Source: Oscillospiraceae bacterium
Lineage (GTDB): Bacteria; Bacillota; Clostridia; Oscillospirales; Oscillospiraceae
DNA: 49,048 nt
Direction: 5' to 3'
NCBI GenBank assembly: GCA_031290515.1
Contig: JAITNK010000098.1
Coordinates: 1-49,048 of the forward strand
This document shows positions 17,544 to 26,263 of the stretch, one piece after another. How positions within the stretch are numbered: the first letter of the stretch is position 1; every line of letters starts with the position of its first letter. Under the pieces are notes generated by a model. The model worked only from the letters and a program-made list of their open reading frames with translations. It was not told the origin of the DNA and did not search any database. The translations under genes were made by a program, and so were the position numbers.

Positions 17544-17803
17544 TCCGCGAAGTCGGAGGAGATGATTTTGTGCAGCGCGTCTACGGCCTCTTTTTCGTCC
17601 GCGCCGTCGCCGATGATTTTAATCTCTTCCCCTGTCCCCACGCCGAGCGACAGAACGCCGAGAAGGCTCTTCGCGTTAATGCGGCGTTCTTCCTTCTCAA
17701 GCCAGATACTGCTGTCGAATTCATTGGCTTTTTGAATCAGGAATATGGCGGGACGGGCGTGAAGTCCGATAGGGTTGGAAATTACCGCGGTTTGAATGTA
17801 CAT
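17540..17803 (-). CDS. ptsH: Phosphocarrier protein HPr
   Basis: MYIQTAVISNPIGLHARPA (His15) and NAKSLLGVLSLG (Ser46). GGGAG RBS. ATGA overlap with the pyrB start. Trimmed from track start 17851. Confidence 0.85.
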   Translation of the reverse strand: MYIQTAVISNPIGLHARPAIFLIQKANEFDSSIWLEKEERRINAKSLLGVLSLGVGTGEEIKIIGDGADEKEAVDALHKIISSDFAE

Positions 17804-17865
17804 AAAGCCGCTCCCTTCGTCGCTTGACCGGCAAGGCTTTCTATGCCCCAATATCAGTCGTGTCT

Positions 17866-17894
17866 ATTTTACAACGAACCGCGCGCTTTGTCAA
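17866..17894 (-). promoter_or_regulatory. sigma-A-type promoter TTGACA-17-TAAAAT for ptsH-pyrB
   Basis: Minus strand: TTGACA (17894-17889), 17-nt spacer, TAAAAT (17871-17866). Confidence 0.55.
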
Positions 17895-17988
17895 TGAGTA
17901 AATTTGAGAATATTAGCCGCCCGGTCTTCGGAGTCCGCCGCGCTCAGTATTTTTGCCGCCCGCGGACGGCGAAACTTTCTCCCCGCCG

Positions 17989-19422
17989 TCAAACTTTAAG
18001 CTCCGGCGCAGCAGCGTCCGTCACGCCGTACCGCTCGAGCAGCGGGTACACGGAGCCGCGCAGAAACTCCGTAACCTGCTCCGCGCTGCGTCCGGTGTAG
18101 AGCGACGCGTCGGACAACTCCGCAAGCTCGTCAAGCGCAAGATGAAAATCCGGGTCGTTTGTTATGGCGGCGAGCAGGTCGTTGTCTTCGCCGAACTCTT
18201 TGACTCCCCTGCCGGCTTCAACCGAGTATATACGAATCTTCTCGTGCAATTCCTGCCTGTCTCCGCCGTTTTTAACTGCGCGCATCAGGATATTTTCCGT
18301 CATCATAAACGGCAGTTCGGCGTCGATATGCTTTGCTATAACCGCCGGGTACACCCTGATTCCGGAAGCGACATTCAGCCAGATGTTCAGAATCGCGTCA
18401 ACCGCGAGAAACGCCTCGGGTACGGAAATCCGCTTGTTCGCGGAGTCGTCGAGCGTGCGCTCGAACCACTGACCGGACGCCGTAAACGCGGCGTTCTGCG
18501 CGTCGTTTATGACGTACCGCGCGAGCGAACAGATACGCTCGCACCGCATCGGGTTCCGCTTGTACGGCATTGCCGACGAACCGATTTGCTTGTCTTCAAA
18601 CGGCTCCTCGCACTCTTTGAGGTGTGACAGCAGCCGCATATCCGTCGCGAACTTCGCCGCGGACTGCGCCGCGCCGGACAGCGCGGACAGGACAAAGTAG
18701 TCCGTCTTGCGCGAATATGTCTGTCCCGAGACGGGTACGGTTTCCGCAAAGCCCGTCTGCTCCGCAATCAGCGTGTCGAGCTTTTTGCATTTTTCGCTGT
18801 CGCCGTCAAACAGTTCGAGGAAGCTCGCCTGCGTACCCGTAGTACCCTTGCAGCCGAGCAGCTTCAGGCGTTCAAGCTCAAACGTAAGCGTCTCAACGTC
18901 GAGCAGCAGTTCGTTAATCCACAGCGTCGCCCGCTTGCCGACGGTGGTGAGCTGTGCCGGCTGAAAATGCGTAAACCCGAGCGTCGGCAGACTCTTGTGT
19001 TCGTCCGCGAACTTCGCGAGCGCGGCGGCGACGCGCAGAGCTTTCGCGCGCACAAGCGTCAGGGCTTCGCGCATTATGATAATGTCGGTGTTGTCCCCGA
19101 CGTAGCAGCTCGTCGCGCCGAGGTGGATTATCGGCATAGCGGACGGCGCGGCGGCTCCGAACGTGTGGACGTGCGCCATAACGTCGTGCCGCAGTTCGCG
19201 TTCGAGCTTTGCGGCGAGAGCGTAATCTATATCGTAAATATGCGCTTCCATTTCGGCGATTTGCGCGTCCGTGATGTTCAGCCCGAGCGTTTTTTCGGCG
19301 CGGGCGAGCGCGACCCAGAGCTTGCGCCAGGTCGAAAACTTCTTGTCCGCCGAGAACAGAAACTGCATTTCGTCGGACGCGTACCGCGTACTGAGCGGCG
19401 AGACATAGCGGTCGTCAGGCAT
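17989..19422 (-). CDS. purB: Adenylosuccinate lyase
   Basis: MPDDRYVSPLSTRYAS..., GSSAMPYKRNP signature. GGAGGG lies 4 nt before ATG 19422. Confidence 0.95.
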   Translation of the reverse strand: MPDDRYVSPLSTRYASDEMQFLFSADKKFSTWRKLWVALARAEKTLGLNITDAQIAEMEAHIYDIDYALAAKLERELRHDVMAHVHTFGAAAPSAMPIIHLGATSCYVGDNTDIIIMREALTLVRAKALRVAAALAKFADEHKSLPTLGFTHFQPAQLTTVGKRATLWINELLLDVETLTFELERLKLLGCKGTTGTQASFLELFDGDSEKCKKLDTLIAEQTGFAETVPVSGQTYSRKTDYFVLSALSGAAQSAAKFATDMRLLSHLKECEEPFEDKQIGSSAMPYKRNPMRCERICSLARYVINDAQNAAFTASGQWFERTLDDSANKRISVPEAFLAVDAILNIWLNVASGIRVYPAVIAKHIDAELPFMMTENILMRAVKNGGDRQELHEKIRIYSVEAGRGVKEFGEDNDLLAAITNDPDFHLALDELAELSDASLYTGRSAEQVTEFLRGSVYPLLERYGVTDAAAPELKV

Positions 19423-19513
19423 ATTACCCTCCAAAGCGGCGCGCTGCCGCTGTTTACTAAGTTAGGTAACGAGGAACGCGCTTTCCCCGCGAAAAAGCCG
19501 CGCCCCGGCGTAC

Positions 19514-20713
19514 CTACCCCTGCGCGTCCCCCGCAACGAACTCCGCTATGCGGTCGAGTCCCTCGGCGATGTCGTCCATACCCGCGGCGTACGTCATACG
19601 CACGAATCCCGGCGCGCCGAACGACTCGCAGGACACGAGCGCGACGAGCTTCCGCTCAAGCAGCGCGAGCGCGAAATCGTCCGCGTTCGCTATCGCCGCG
19701 CCGCCGGTCGTCCTCCCGAACAGCCGCGAGACGTTTATCATAACGTAAAACGCGCCGTCCGGCGTAATGCACGACAGGTCCGGGATTTCGTTGACGCGCC
19801 GCACGATGTACTCGCGCCGCCGCACGAACTCCAGCCGCATTGCTTCGACTGACGTCTGGTCTCCGGCGAGAGCTTCGACCGCCGCCCACTGCGACACGGT
19901 ACTCGGAGCGGAAGTCGAGTGCGACAGGTAGTTCTCCATAACCCGCGCGAGACTTGCGGACGACGCGCTGTAGCCGATGCGCCATCCGGTCATCGCGTAG
20001 GACTTCGACACGCCGTTTATTAAAACAGTACGCTCTTTTATGTCGGCTCCGAGCGACGCGATTGAAGTGAATTTCCCGCTGTAGACGAGCTTGTAATAAA
20101 TCTCGTCGGCGACGATATACAGGTCGTGCCGGACGCAAACGTCCGCGAGCGCGCGAAGCTCCGCTTCGGAATACAGCATTCCGGTCGGGTTCGACGGATT
20201 GTTGATAATAAACAGCTTCGTTTTCGGCGTGACCGCGGCTTCGAGCTGCGCCGCCGTAATCTTGAATCCCGCGCTCTCGTCCGCCGCGACAATCACCGGG
20301 ACCGCGCCGCACATTTTGACGGCTTCCGGGTACGTCACCCAGTACGGAGCGGGAATCACCGCCTCGTCGCCCGGGTTCAGCAGGGCGCGGAGCGCGGCGT
20401 AAAACGAGTGCTTCGCGCCGGACGCTATGACGATTTCCGCGGGCGCGTAACCGGGTCCGCAGTCCTCACGGAGCCTTGCGCACACCGCTTTCTTAAGCTC
20501 CGCGATACCCGACGCGGCGGTGTACTTCGTCTTCCCCGCGGCAATCGCGGCGACCGCCGCGTCCTTGATGTTCTGCGGCGTGTCGAAGTCCGGCTCGCCG
20601 GTGCCGAAGCCGATAACCGGCTTGCCGTCGGCTTTCATCTGCTTCGCGAGCGAGTCCACGGCAAGCGTCGCGCTCGGCGCGACGCCCTCCGCGAGGGTTG
20701 ATATAGGTTTCAT
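19514..20713 (-). CDS. Pyridoxal-phosphate-dependent aspartate aminotransferase (class I)
   Basis: GEPDFDTP, NPSNPTG, and SKSYAMTGWRIGY (PLP lysine). Confidence 0.9.
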   Translation of the reverse strand: MKPISTLAEGVAPSATLAVDSLAKQMKADGKPVIGFGTGEPDFDTPQNIKDAAVAAIAAGKTKYTAASGIAELKKAVCARLREDCGPGYAPAEIVIASGAKHSFYAALRALLNPGDEAVIPAPYWVTYPEAVKMCGAVPVIVAADESAGFKITAAQLEAAVTPKTKLFIINNPSNPTGMLYSEAELRALADVCVRHDLYIVADEIYYKLVYSGKFTSIASLGADIKERTVLINGVSKSYAMTGWRIGYSASSASLARVMENYLSHSTSAPSTVSQWAAVEALAGDQTSVEAMRLEFVRRREYIVRRVNEIPDLSCITPDGAFYVMINVSRLFGRTTGGAAIANADDFALALLERKLVALVSCESFGAPGFVRMTYAAGMDDIAEGLDRIAEFVAGDAQG

Positions 20714-20915
20714 ACGTTTCGTCCAATCACTTCAGCGTTTATGGTTCGCTGTTTCTTCGCTTTGGGAGCGTCGCAAACGATTGCGCTAACGGCTTCCGGC
20801 GGAACCCCCGGCTTAGAATATGTGTACAGCGGCATTTCATCCGAATCCGCCGTACTCTCCGACGCCGCGCAGTCGTTGTTTGCGGCTCCCGGTACGCAGC
20901 GTCAGCCGCCCGCGA

Positions 20916-20944
20916 ATTATAGCACATACGCGGCAAAACCGCAA
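20916..20944 (-). promoter_or_regulatory. sigma-A-type promoter TTGCGG-17-TGcTATAAT about 200 nt upstream of the aminotransferase
   Basis: Minus strand: TTGCGG (20944-20939), 17-nt spacer, TGC-TATAAT (20924-20916). Confidence 0.45.
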
Positions 20945-20974
20945 CATATTTCGCGCGCGTCAACGCCCGCGGTA

Positions 20975-21169
20975 TTACTTCCGCGGCGTAACGTCCGGAA
21001 GCGCGATAACGAGCAGCCGGACTGGCAGTCCGATGAAAAACGCCGCAATCGTCCAGTTCCGCTTGTTGTATCCTTTTCTTTCGGCAATTTCGCCCCACAG
21101 CGTCGCGATACGAATCAGAACTCCTGCCGCGACTATGGCGGCGACGCTTACGGCTGCCCAGAACCACAT
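20975..21169 (-). CDS. 64-aa two-TM membrane protein, unknown function
   Basis: GGAGAG RBS. MWFWAAVSVAAIVAAGVLIRIATLW...WTIAAFFIGLPVRLLVIAL. Confidence 0.5.
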   Translation of the reverse strand: MWFWAAVSVAAIVAAGVLIRIATLWGEIAERKGYNKRNWTIAAFFIGLPVRLLVIALPDVTPRK

Positions 21170-21305
21170 AAAATCTCTCCTGTTTATCGTATATTTGTTT
21201 CAAAAGCACGCTCTTTCCACCACATTATACTCCCGCGTTTTCCCGCGTGTCAATCCCCGACCGGTAAAGCGCGCTCGTTTTTACACAATTTCTGACTATC
21301 GGTAC

Positions 21306-21334
21306 TTGAAAAGCTCCGCGAGGCGTTGTATAAT
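21306..21334 (+). promoter_or_regulatory. sigma-A-type promoter TTGAAA-17-TATAAT for the ABC exporter pair
   Basis: TTGAAA 21306-21311 and TATAAT 21329-21334. Confidence 0.55.
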
Positions 21335-21365
21335 AGCTTAAATAAAAGTTATGGGTGAATGAGAA

Positions 21366-23147
21366 TTGAATGTTAAAATCCTGCTGCTTGGCTACTTCCG
21401 CCGCAAATGGCCGCGTTACGCCGCCGGACTCGCGCTTGTCTTTATCTCGACGTATTTCAACACGCTGATTCCGAGCTACCTCGGGCGCGCCGTTGACCAG
21501 CTCCGCGCCGGCGACCCGCTGTCCGACGTGCGCCGCACCGCGCTTCTGCTTGCCGCGGCGGGCTTCGGCGCGTTTTTGCTGTACTTTATCTGGCGGTATA
21601 TGGTGCTCGGGTTTATGCGCGGCGCGGAAATCCACCTGCGGCGCGGCGTTTTCGCGCACCTCGAGTCGCTTACGAGCGACTTTTACGTCAGATACAACAC
21701 CGGCGACATTATCACGCGGAGCATTTCCGACGTGCAGGCGATACGCAAAATGTTCGGCGGCTCGCTCGTCTGGATTGCGAACTCCGCGGTGACATTCGCG
21801 CTCGCGGCGATGCATATGGTTCGCACGTCGGGCGCGCTTATGTCGTTTATCGCGCTCGCGCCGATTCCGGCGCTGCTGTACTTTATAATGAAAATCCGCA
21901 AGGTTCTGCGCGGGCGTCAGCGCGACATCCGCGCCGCGACGAGCGATATGGCGGCGAAAGCGCAGGAAAATCTCACGGGTATCCGAATCATCAAAGCGTT
22001 CGCGCGCGAAAATTCGGAGCGTGACGCGTTCGCCGCGTTCTCCGACCGCAAGCGCGCGGCGGAGGTTCGCAAGGCGAAGCTCTCCGCGATTGTCGGACCT
22101 CTGATTATGCTCGTGTACGCCGGCGTGTTCACCGTTTATATCCTCGTCGGAAGCCGTATGCTCAGCGCGGGAGACATCACAATCGGCGATTTCACCGCGT
22201 TCAACGGCTACATACTGCTTATGGTCGGACCCATCGCGCTTCTCGGGCAGGCGATAGAGGACTGGCAGAGCGGTATGGCGTCTATCGGGCGGCTCGACGA
22301 AATGCTGAACTGCGAGCCGGAGTCGCGCGACCGCGACGGACTCGCGGAGGAGTGGCTTTCTCACGAAAACCCGTTTGAGCAGGCGCAGACCGCGGCGGAC
22401 GGCGACTGGATTTCGGTGCGCAACCTTACGTTCCGCTATCCCGGCACGGACGTTAACGTACTGAAAAACGTCGGTTTCTCGGTGCGGCGCAATGAGATTG
22501 TCGCGATAACGGGCCCGGTCGGCTGCGGCAAAACGACGCTTTTGAGTCTGTTTGAGAGGCTGTGGTCAGCCCCGCGCGGTATGATAAGTTTCGCGGGGTA
22601 CGACGTGAACGACATTCCGATTGAAGTGCTGCGCTCGGAAATCGGTTTCGTCCCGCAGGACAGCTTCCTGTTTTCGGACTCGATTTCCGAGAATATCCGC
22701 TTCTTCGCCGAACACCGCGGCGACGAGGACGTACTCGAAGCCGCGCGCGCCGTCGCGGTGCACGGCAACGTAATCGAGTTCGCGGACGGCTACAGTACGA
22801 TTGTCGGCGAGCGCGGAGTCACGCTGTCCGGCGGTCAGATGCAGCGCGTTTCTATCGCGCGCGCGCTCGTGCTGCACCCGAAGATACTGCTGCTTGACGA
22901 CTGTCTCTCCGCGGTGGACGCGGAGACGGAGCGCGAAATACTCTCCGGTCTGCGAGCGTATCTTGACGGCTGCACGGCGGTTATCGTCACGCACCGCGTC
23001 GCCGCGGCGTCTCTCGCCGACAGAATCGTCGTACTCGGGCAAGGCGGAACGGTTGACGAAACCGGCACGTTTGACGAACTGCTCGCGAAGGACGGCGCGT
23101 TCGCCGCACTCGTCCGGCTCCAGAACGGAAAGGAGGCGGCGGAGTGA
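21366..23147 (+). CDS. ABC exporter half-transporter (TMD-NBD), degenerate-site partner
   Basis: Six-TM N-terminus. Walker A GPVGCGKTT, LSGGQMQR, and Walker B ILLLDD (catalytic Glu replaced by Asp). TTG start; the RBS is weak. Confidence 0.88.
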   Translation: MNVKILLLGYFRRKWPRYAAGLALVFISTYFNTLIPSYLGRAVDQLRAGDPLSDVRRTALLLAAAGFGAFLLYFIWRYMVLGFMRGAEIHLRRGVFAHLESLTSDFYVRYNTGDIITRSISDVQAIRKMFGGSLVWIANSAVTFALAAMHMVRTSGALMSFIALAPIPALLYFIMKIRKVLRGRQRDIRAATSDMAAKAQENLTGIRIIKAFARENSERDAFAAFSDRKRAAEVRKAKLSAIVGPLIMLVYAGVFTVYILVGSRMLSAGDITIGDFTAFNGYILLMVGPIALLGQAIEDWQSGMASIGRLDEMLNCEPESRDRDGLAEEWLSHENPFEQAQTAADGDWISVRNLTFRYPGTDVNVLKNVGFSVRRNEIVAITGPVGCGKTTLLSLFERLWSAPRGMISFAGYDVNDIPIEVLRSEIGFVPQDSFLFSDSISENIRFFAEHRGDEDVLEAARAVAVHGNVIEFADGYSTIVGERGVTLSGGQMQRVSIARALVLHPKILLLDDCLSAVDAETEREILSGLRAYLDGCTAVIVTHRVAAASLADRIVVLGQGGTVDETGTFDELLAKDGAFAALVRLQNGKEAAE

Positions 23148-24949
23148 ATAAGCGCAAAAAACTCGCGGCGGACGTAGAAGTTCGCGGGCGTATGAGCGAA
23201 TATGAGGAGAAGTCCAAACGGCGGACGCTGTTTCGGCTGCTCAAATATTTCAAAGCCGCGCCGGGACTGCTCGCGTTCGCGCTGGCGTCCTCCGTACTCG
23301 TAAACGCGGCGCAGCTCGCCGCGCCTCTGATAGTCCAGACGCTGATTGACGACCATTTTTCAATCCCCGGCTTTGACGTTTCGGCTGTGGCATACCTCGC
23401 GGTGCTGTACATCGCGGTCTGCGTAGTGCAGCACGTTTTTTCGTACGCGCAGCGCGTTACGCTTACGAGTCTCGGGCAGTCGATTCTGCACAAAATCAGG
23501 ACGGAGCTTTTCGCGCATATCCAGTCGCTCAGTATGCGCTTCTTCGACAAGAACGCGTCCGGACGCATTCTTACCCGCGTCACGGGCGACGTTGACGAGC
23601 TTCAGGAGCTGTACGCGAACATATTCATTATGGCAATCCGCGAGGGTATGCTCATTATCGCGATGCTCGCGACTATGTTCGCGCTCGACTTCCGGCTCGC
23701 GCTGTGGTGTCTGCTCGCGGTGCCGGTAATCGCGGGTCTGACCGTCGCTTACCGCTTCATCGCGCGCAAGACGTTTATCAAGGTCAAGTCGCTCAACTCG
23801 CGCATTAACGGCTATCTCGCGGAACACGTCACCGGTATGCGAATCGTGCAGATTTTCAACCGCGAAAAGCGCAAGTACGACGACTTTTCCGCGATGAACG
23901 ACGAGCATTACCGTCTCGGGCTGATTCAGGTTATCCTGAACAGCCTGTCGAACCCGCTGATTACGATGATTGCGAACATTATGATCGCGCTGATTATCGC
24001 TTACTTCGGCTCGCGCGTCGGACTGCACTTACTCGACATCGGCGTGCTGTACACGTTCACGACGTATATCCGTCAGCTGTTTCAGCCGATAGCTCAGCTC
24101 GCGGAGCAGCTTACGGCGGCGCAGTCCGCGCTCATATCCGCGGACAGAATCTTCGACATTATGGACAACACCGTGGACTTTGAGGATCTCGACGCTCCCG
24201 GGCGTTCCGCGGAAAACCTCACCGGCAAAATCGAGTTCCGCGACGTATGGTTCGCGTACAACGACGAGGACTGGGTGCTGCGCGGCGTGAGCTTCACGAT
24301 TGAACCCGGTCAGCGGTGCGCTTTCGTCGGCTCTACCGGCTCCGGAAAGACGACGGTTATAAGCCTGATTTCGCGCTATTATATCCCGCAGAAAGGGCGG
24401 ATTCTCATCGACGGCGTTGACATTGCGGAGTACAATCTGCGCAGTCTGCGCCGCGCCGTCGGAATCGTTATGCAGAGCGTGTTCCTGTTCTCCGGCAACA
24501 TTCGCCACAACATCAGCCTCGGCGACCCGGACGTAGACGACGGCGCGGTGCGCGAGGCGGCGGTCGCCGCGCGGTGCGACGGATTTATCTCGGAGCTTGA
24601 CGGCGGCTACTCGCACTCGGTCGCGGAGCGCGGCTCCGACTTCTCGCTCGGTCAGCGTCAGCTCATCTCGTTTGCGCGCGCGCTTGCGGTGAAACCGCGT
24701 ATGCTGATACTCGACGAAGCGACCGCGTCGATTGACACCGAGACCGAAAAGACGCTGCAAGACAGACTGTATGAGTACTCCGAGGGCAAGACGCTGATAA
24801 TGATTGCGCACCGTCTGTCCACCGTCGTCGGCTGCGACCTGATTTTCGTCCTCGACCACGGTGAAATCACCGAGCGCGGCTCCCACGCGGAGCTTATGGC
24901 GCGCGAAAACGGCGCGTACCGCAAGCTGTACGAGCTGTCGGTGCGGTAA
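23144..24949 (+). CDS. ABC exporter half-transporter (TMD-NBD), consensus-site partner
   Basis: GTGA overlap and AAAGGAGG RBS. Walker A GSTGSGKTT, degenerate signature FSLGQRQ, Walker B LILDEATASID. Confidence 0.9.
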   Translation: MNKRKKLAADVEVRGRMSEYEEKSKRRTLFRLLKYFKAAPGLLAFALASSVLVNAAQLAAPLIVQTLIDDHFSIPGFDVSAVAYLAVLYIAVCVVQHVFSYAQRVTLTSLGQSILHKIRTELFAHIQSLSMRFFDKNASGRILTRVTGDVDELQELYANIFIMAIREGMLIIAMLATMFALDFRLALWCLLAVPVIAGLTVAYRFIARKTFIKVKSLNSRINGYLAEHVTGMRIVQIFNREKRKYDDFSAMNDEHYRLGLIQVILNSLSNPLITMIANIMIALIIAYFGSRVGLHLLDIGVLYTFTTYIRQLFQPIAQLAEQLTAAQSALISADRIFDIMDNTVDFEDLDAPGRSAENLTGKIEFRDVWFAYNDEDWVLRGVSFTIEPGQRCAFVGSTGSGKTTVISLISRYYIPQKGRILIDGVDIAEYNLRSLRRAVGIVMQSVFLFSGNIRHNISLGDPDVDDGAVREAAVAARCDGFISELDGGYSHSVAERGSDFSLGQRQLISFARALAVKPRMLILDEATASIDTETEKTLQDRLYEYSEGKTLIMIAHRLSTVVGCDLIFVLDHGEITERGSHAELMARENGAYRKLYELSVR

Positions 24950-24955
24950 AAACGG

Positions 24956-24989
24956 CATTCCCCCGCGGACTTCGGTCCGCGGGGGAATG
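24956..24989. terminator. Bidirectional terminator (perfect 15-bp stem)
   Basis: CATTCCCCCGCGGAC-TTCG-GTCCGCGGGGGAATG, flanked by A5 upstream and TTT downstream. Lies between the convergent stops at 24949 and 25006. Confidence 0.8.
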
Positions 24990-25005
24990 TTTGGTCGTAC
25001 GACTG

Positions 25006-25695
25006 TTATTGACTGTATCCGCTTTTGAATCTATCAAGCATTGCCTTGGCAAGAGTACTGTCTGCGGTGTTGGTTTTGACATTAACAGCATTTTCCAAAA
25101 TCTGAAGCGACTGTTGATTTGTCAGGTAACGGAACAAACCCGACCTCCAACTATCTGCGGTACTGTTTGAGGTTTGATAGAAGTCCCAATAATTGAAATT
25201 CTGCTTTTCATCGATACTGAACTTGAGTCTGTTTTCAGAACTGCTTGCGACGTATCCCTCGCTATTTCTGTCACCAACAGAACAGTCGTCGATAAGAAAA
25301 AGCGCAAAAACTTTACGGTCTTTCTCGGCTGCATACCGCTCGAGAGTCGTCAGAACGCATAAGCCGCCGACCTTTGCACCTTTGATTCTGCGCTTACTAT
25401 CGTTCTCAATATCTATCCCCGCGCGCATTCTCCAGTCAACGAGCAATGTGCTTTCGTAACACAAAAATTTTTCTTGTGAAAGTTGTTCATATTCGATTTC
25501 ACGTTTGATATAACGAGAGCAGGCACTTTCCGAACACCACCGGCGTTTGGCTGTATAAATATTGTAATGGATGTTATCATTTGAGCAGACGCCGTTGAAT
25601 CCGAATTCACCGTTCCCGCGTCCGCCGTCGCAAAAGTTGCACTTGAATGCAATGCCGCCGCGGCTGCGGTTTGCATTATTGTTTGAAATTACCAT
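25006..25695 (-). CDS. 229-aa cytoplasmic Cys-rich orphan protein (no family recognised)
   Basis: AAGGAGG lies 7 nt before ATG 25695. N-terminal cysteines form C-x2-C ... C ... C-x4-C (FKCNFCDGG...VCSND...WCSESAC). Sits in low-G+C DNA. Confidence 0.7.
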   Translation of the reverse strand: MVISNNNANRSRGGIAFKCNFCDGGRGNGEFGFNGVCSNDNIHYNIYTAKRRWCSESACSRYIKREIEYEQLSQEKFLCYESTLLVDWRMRAGIDIENDSKRRIKGAKVGGLCVLTTLERYAAEKDRKVFALFLIDDCSVGDRNSEGYVASSSENRLKFSIDEKQNFNYWDFYQTSNSTADSWRSGLFRYLTNQQSLQILENAVNVKTNTADSTLAKAMLDRFKSGYSQ

Positions 25696-25726
25696 TGTTG
25701 TTCCTCCTTATATATTTGCCGCGCGG

Positions 25727-26143
25727 TTAGAAAAACTCGACCGAACCTGTATAAGTAAATGTATCGCCCTTATAACCGGTGACTTGTATCGCCACTCCGA
25801 AATACTGTCTTACCGTTGCGCCAAAGCTGTTTTGAGAATCGACATATCCGAGGACAAGCCATTCGTCTGTTGTGATTTCAGTAACTTCCCATCCGCCGAA
25901 TTTGGCTGTAGAAGGACTCGTCAATCGTTTCTCTATCTCAGATTTCGCTGTGCCTACCGCGGTGTATTTATCGAACTTTTGACTGCTCGGGCTGCTCGGG
26001 CTGCTCGGGCTGCTCGAACTGCTTTGGTTATTCACCTCAGCAACATACCACACCATAGTCACAACAAAAAGGACAAAAAGGACAATTATAAGGCTGACAC
26101 AGCAACCGTAGAGTCCGCTTTTTTTTGGCGTGTTTTCGTTCAC
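25727..26143 (-). CDS. 138-aa N-terminally anchored membrane protein with a Ser/Pro linker and a small extracytoplasmic domain
   Basis: GTG start 7 nt after AAGGGGG. TM helix LYGCCVSLIIVLFVLFVVTMVWYV, an SSSSSPSSPSSPSS linker, and a C-terminal domain of about 80 aa. Confidence 0.7.
   Translation of the reverse strand: MNENTPKKSGLYGCCVSLIIVLFVLFVVTMVWYVAEVNNQSSSSSPSSPSSPSSQKFDKYTAVGTAKSEIEKRLTSPSTAKFGGWEVTEITTDEWLVLGYVDSQNSFGATVRQYFGVAIQVTGYKGDTFTYTGSVEFF
25983..26021. repeat. 9-bp tandem repeat (CTGCTCGGG x3, plus a degenerate fourth unit) encoding the (SSP)n linker
   Basis: Direct reading: CTGCTCGGG CTGCTCGGG CTGCTCGGG CTGCTCGAA CTGC. Confidence 0.85.
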
Positions 26144-26196
26144 TGCATTTCCCCCTTGATTTTGTACGTAACTGCGCCGCCGCTGTACGCGAAGCT

Positions 26197-26252
26197 ATTA
26201 TACCACAAATAGGGGGGGGGGCTGTCAAGCGGTTCTGTGAAATTTGTTGAAA
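26197..26252 (-). promoter_or_regulatory. Promoter module B: conserved upstream block, TTGACA, C10 tract, TGgTATAAT (20-nt spacer)
   Basis: Minus strand reads TTTCAACAAATTTCACAGAACCGC-TTGACA-G-C10-TATTTGTGG-TATAAT. The G10 run on the plus strand is at 26212-26221. Confidence 0.5.
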
Positions 26253-26263
26253 ATATCTGTATA

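Noticed and set aside
20714-20915. T-box leader upstream of the aspartate aminotransferase
   Set aside because: An AGAGAG-like stretch is present, but there is no T-box 14-mer, no specifier-loop geometry and no terminator/antiterminator pair with a U-tract.
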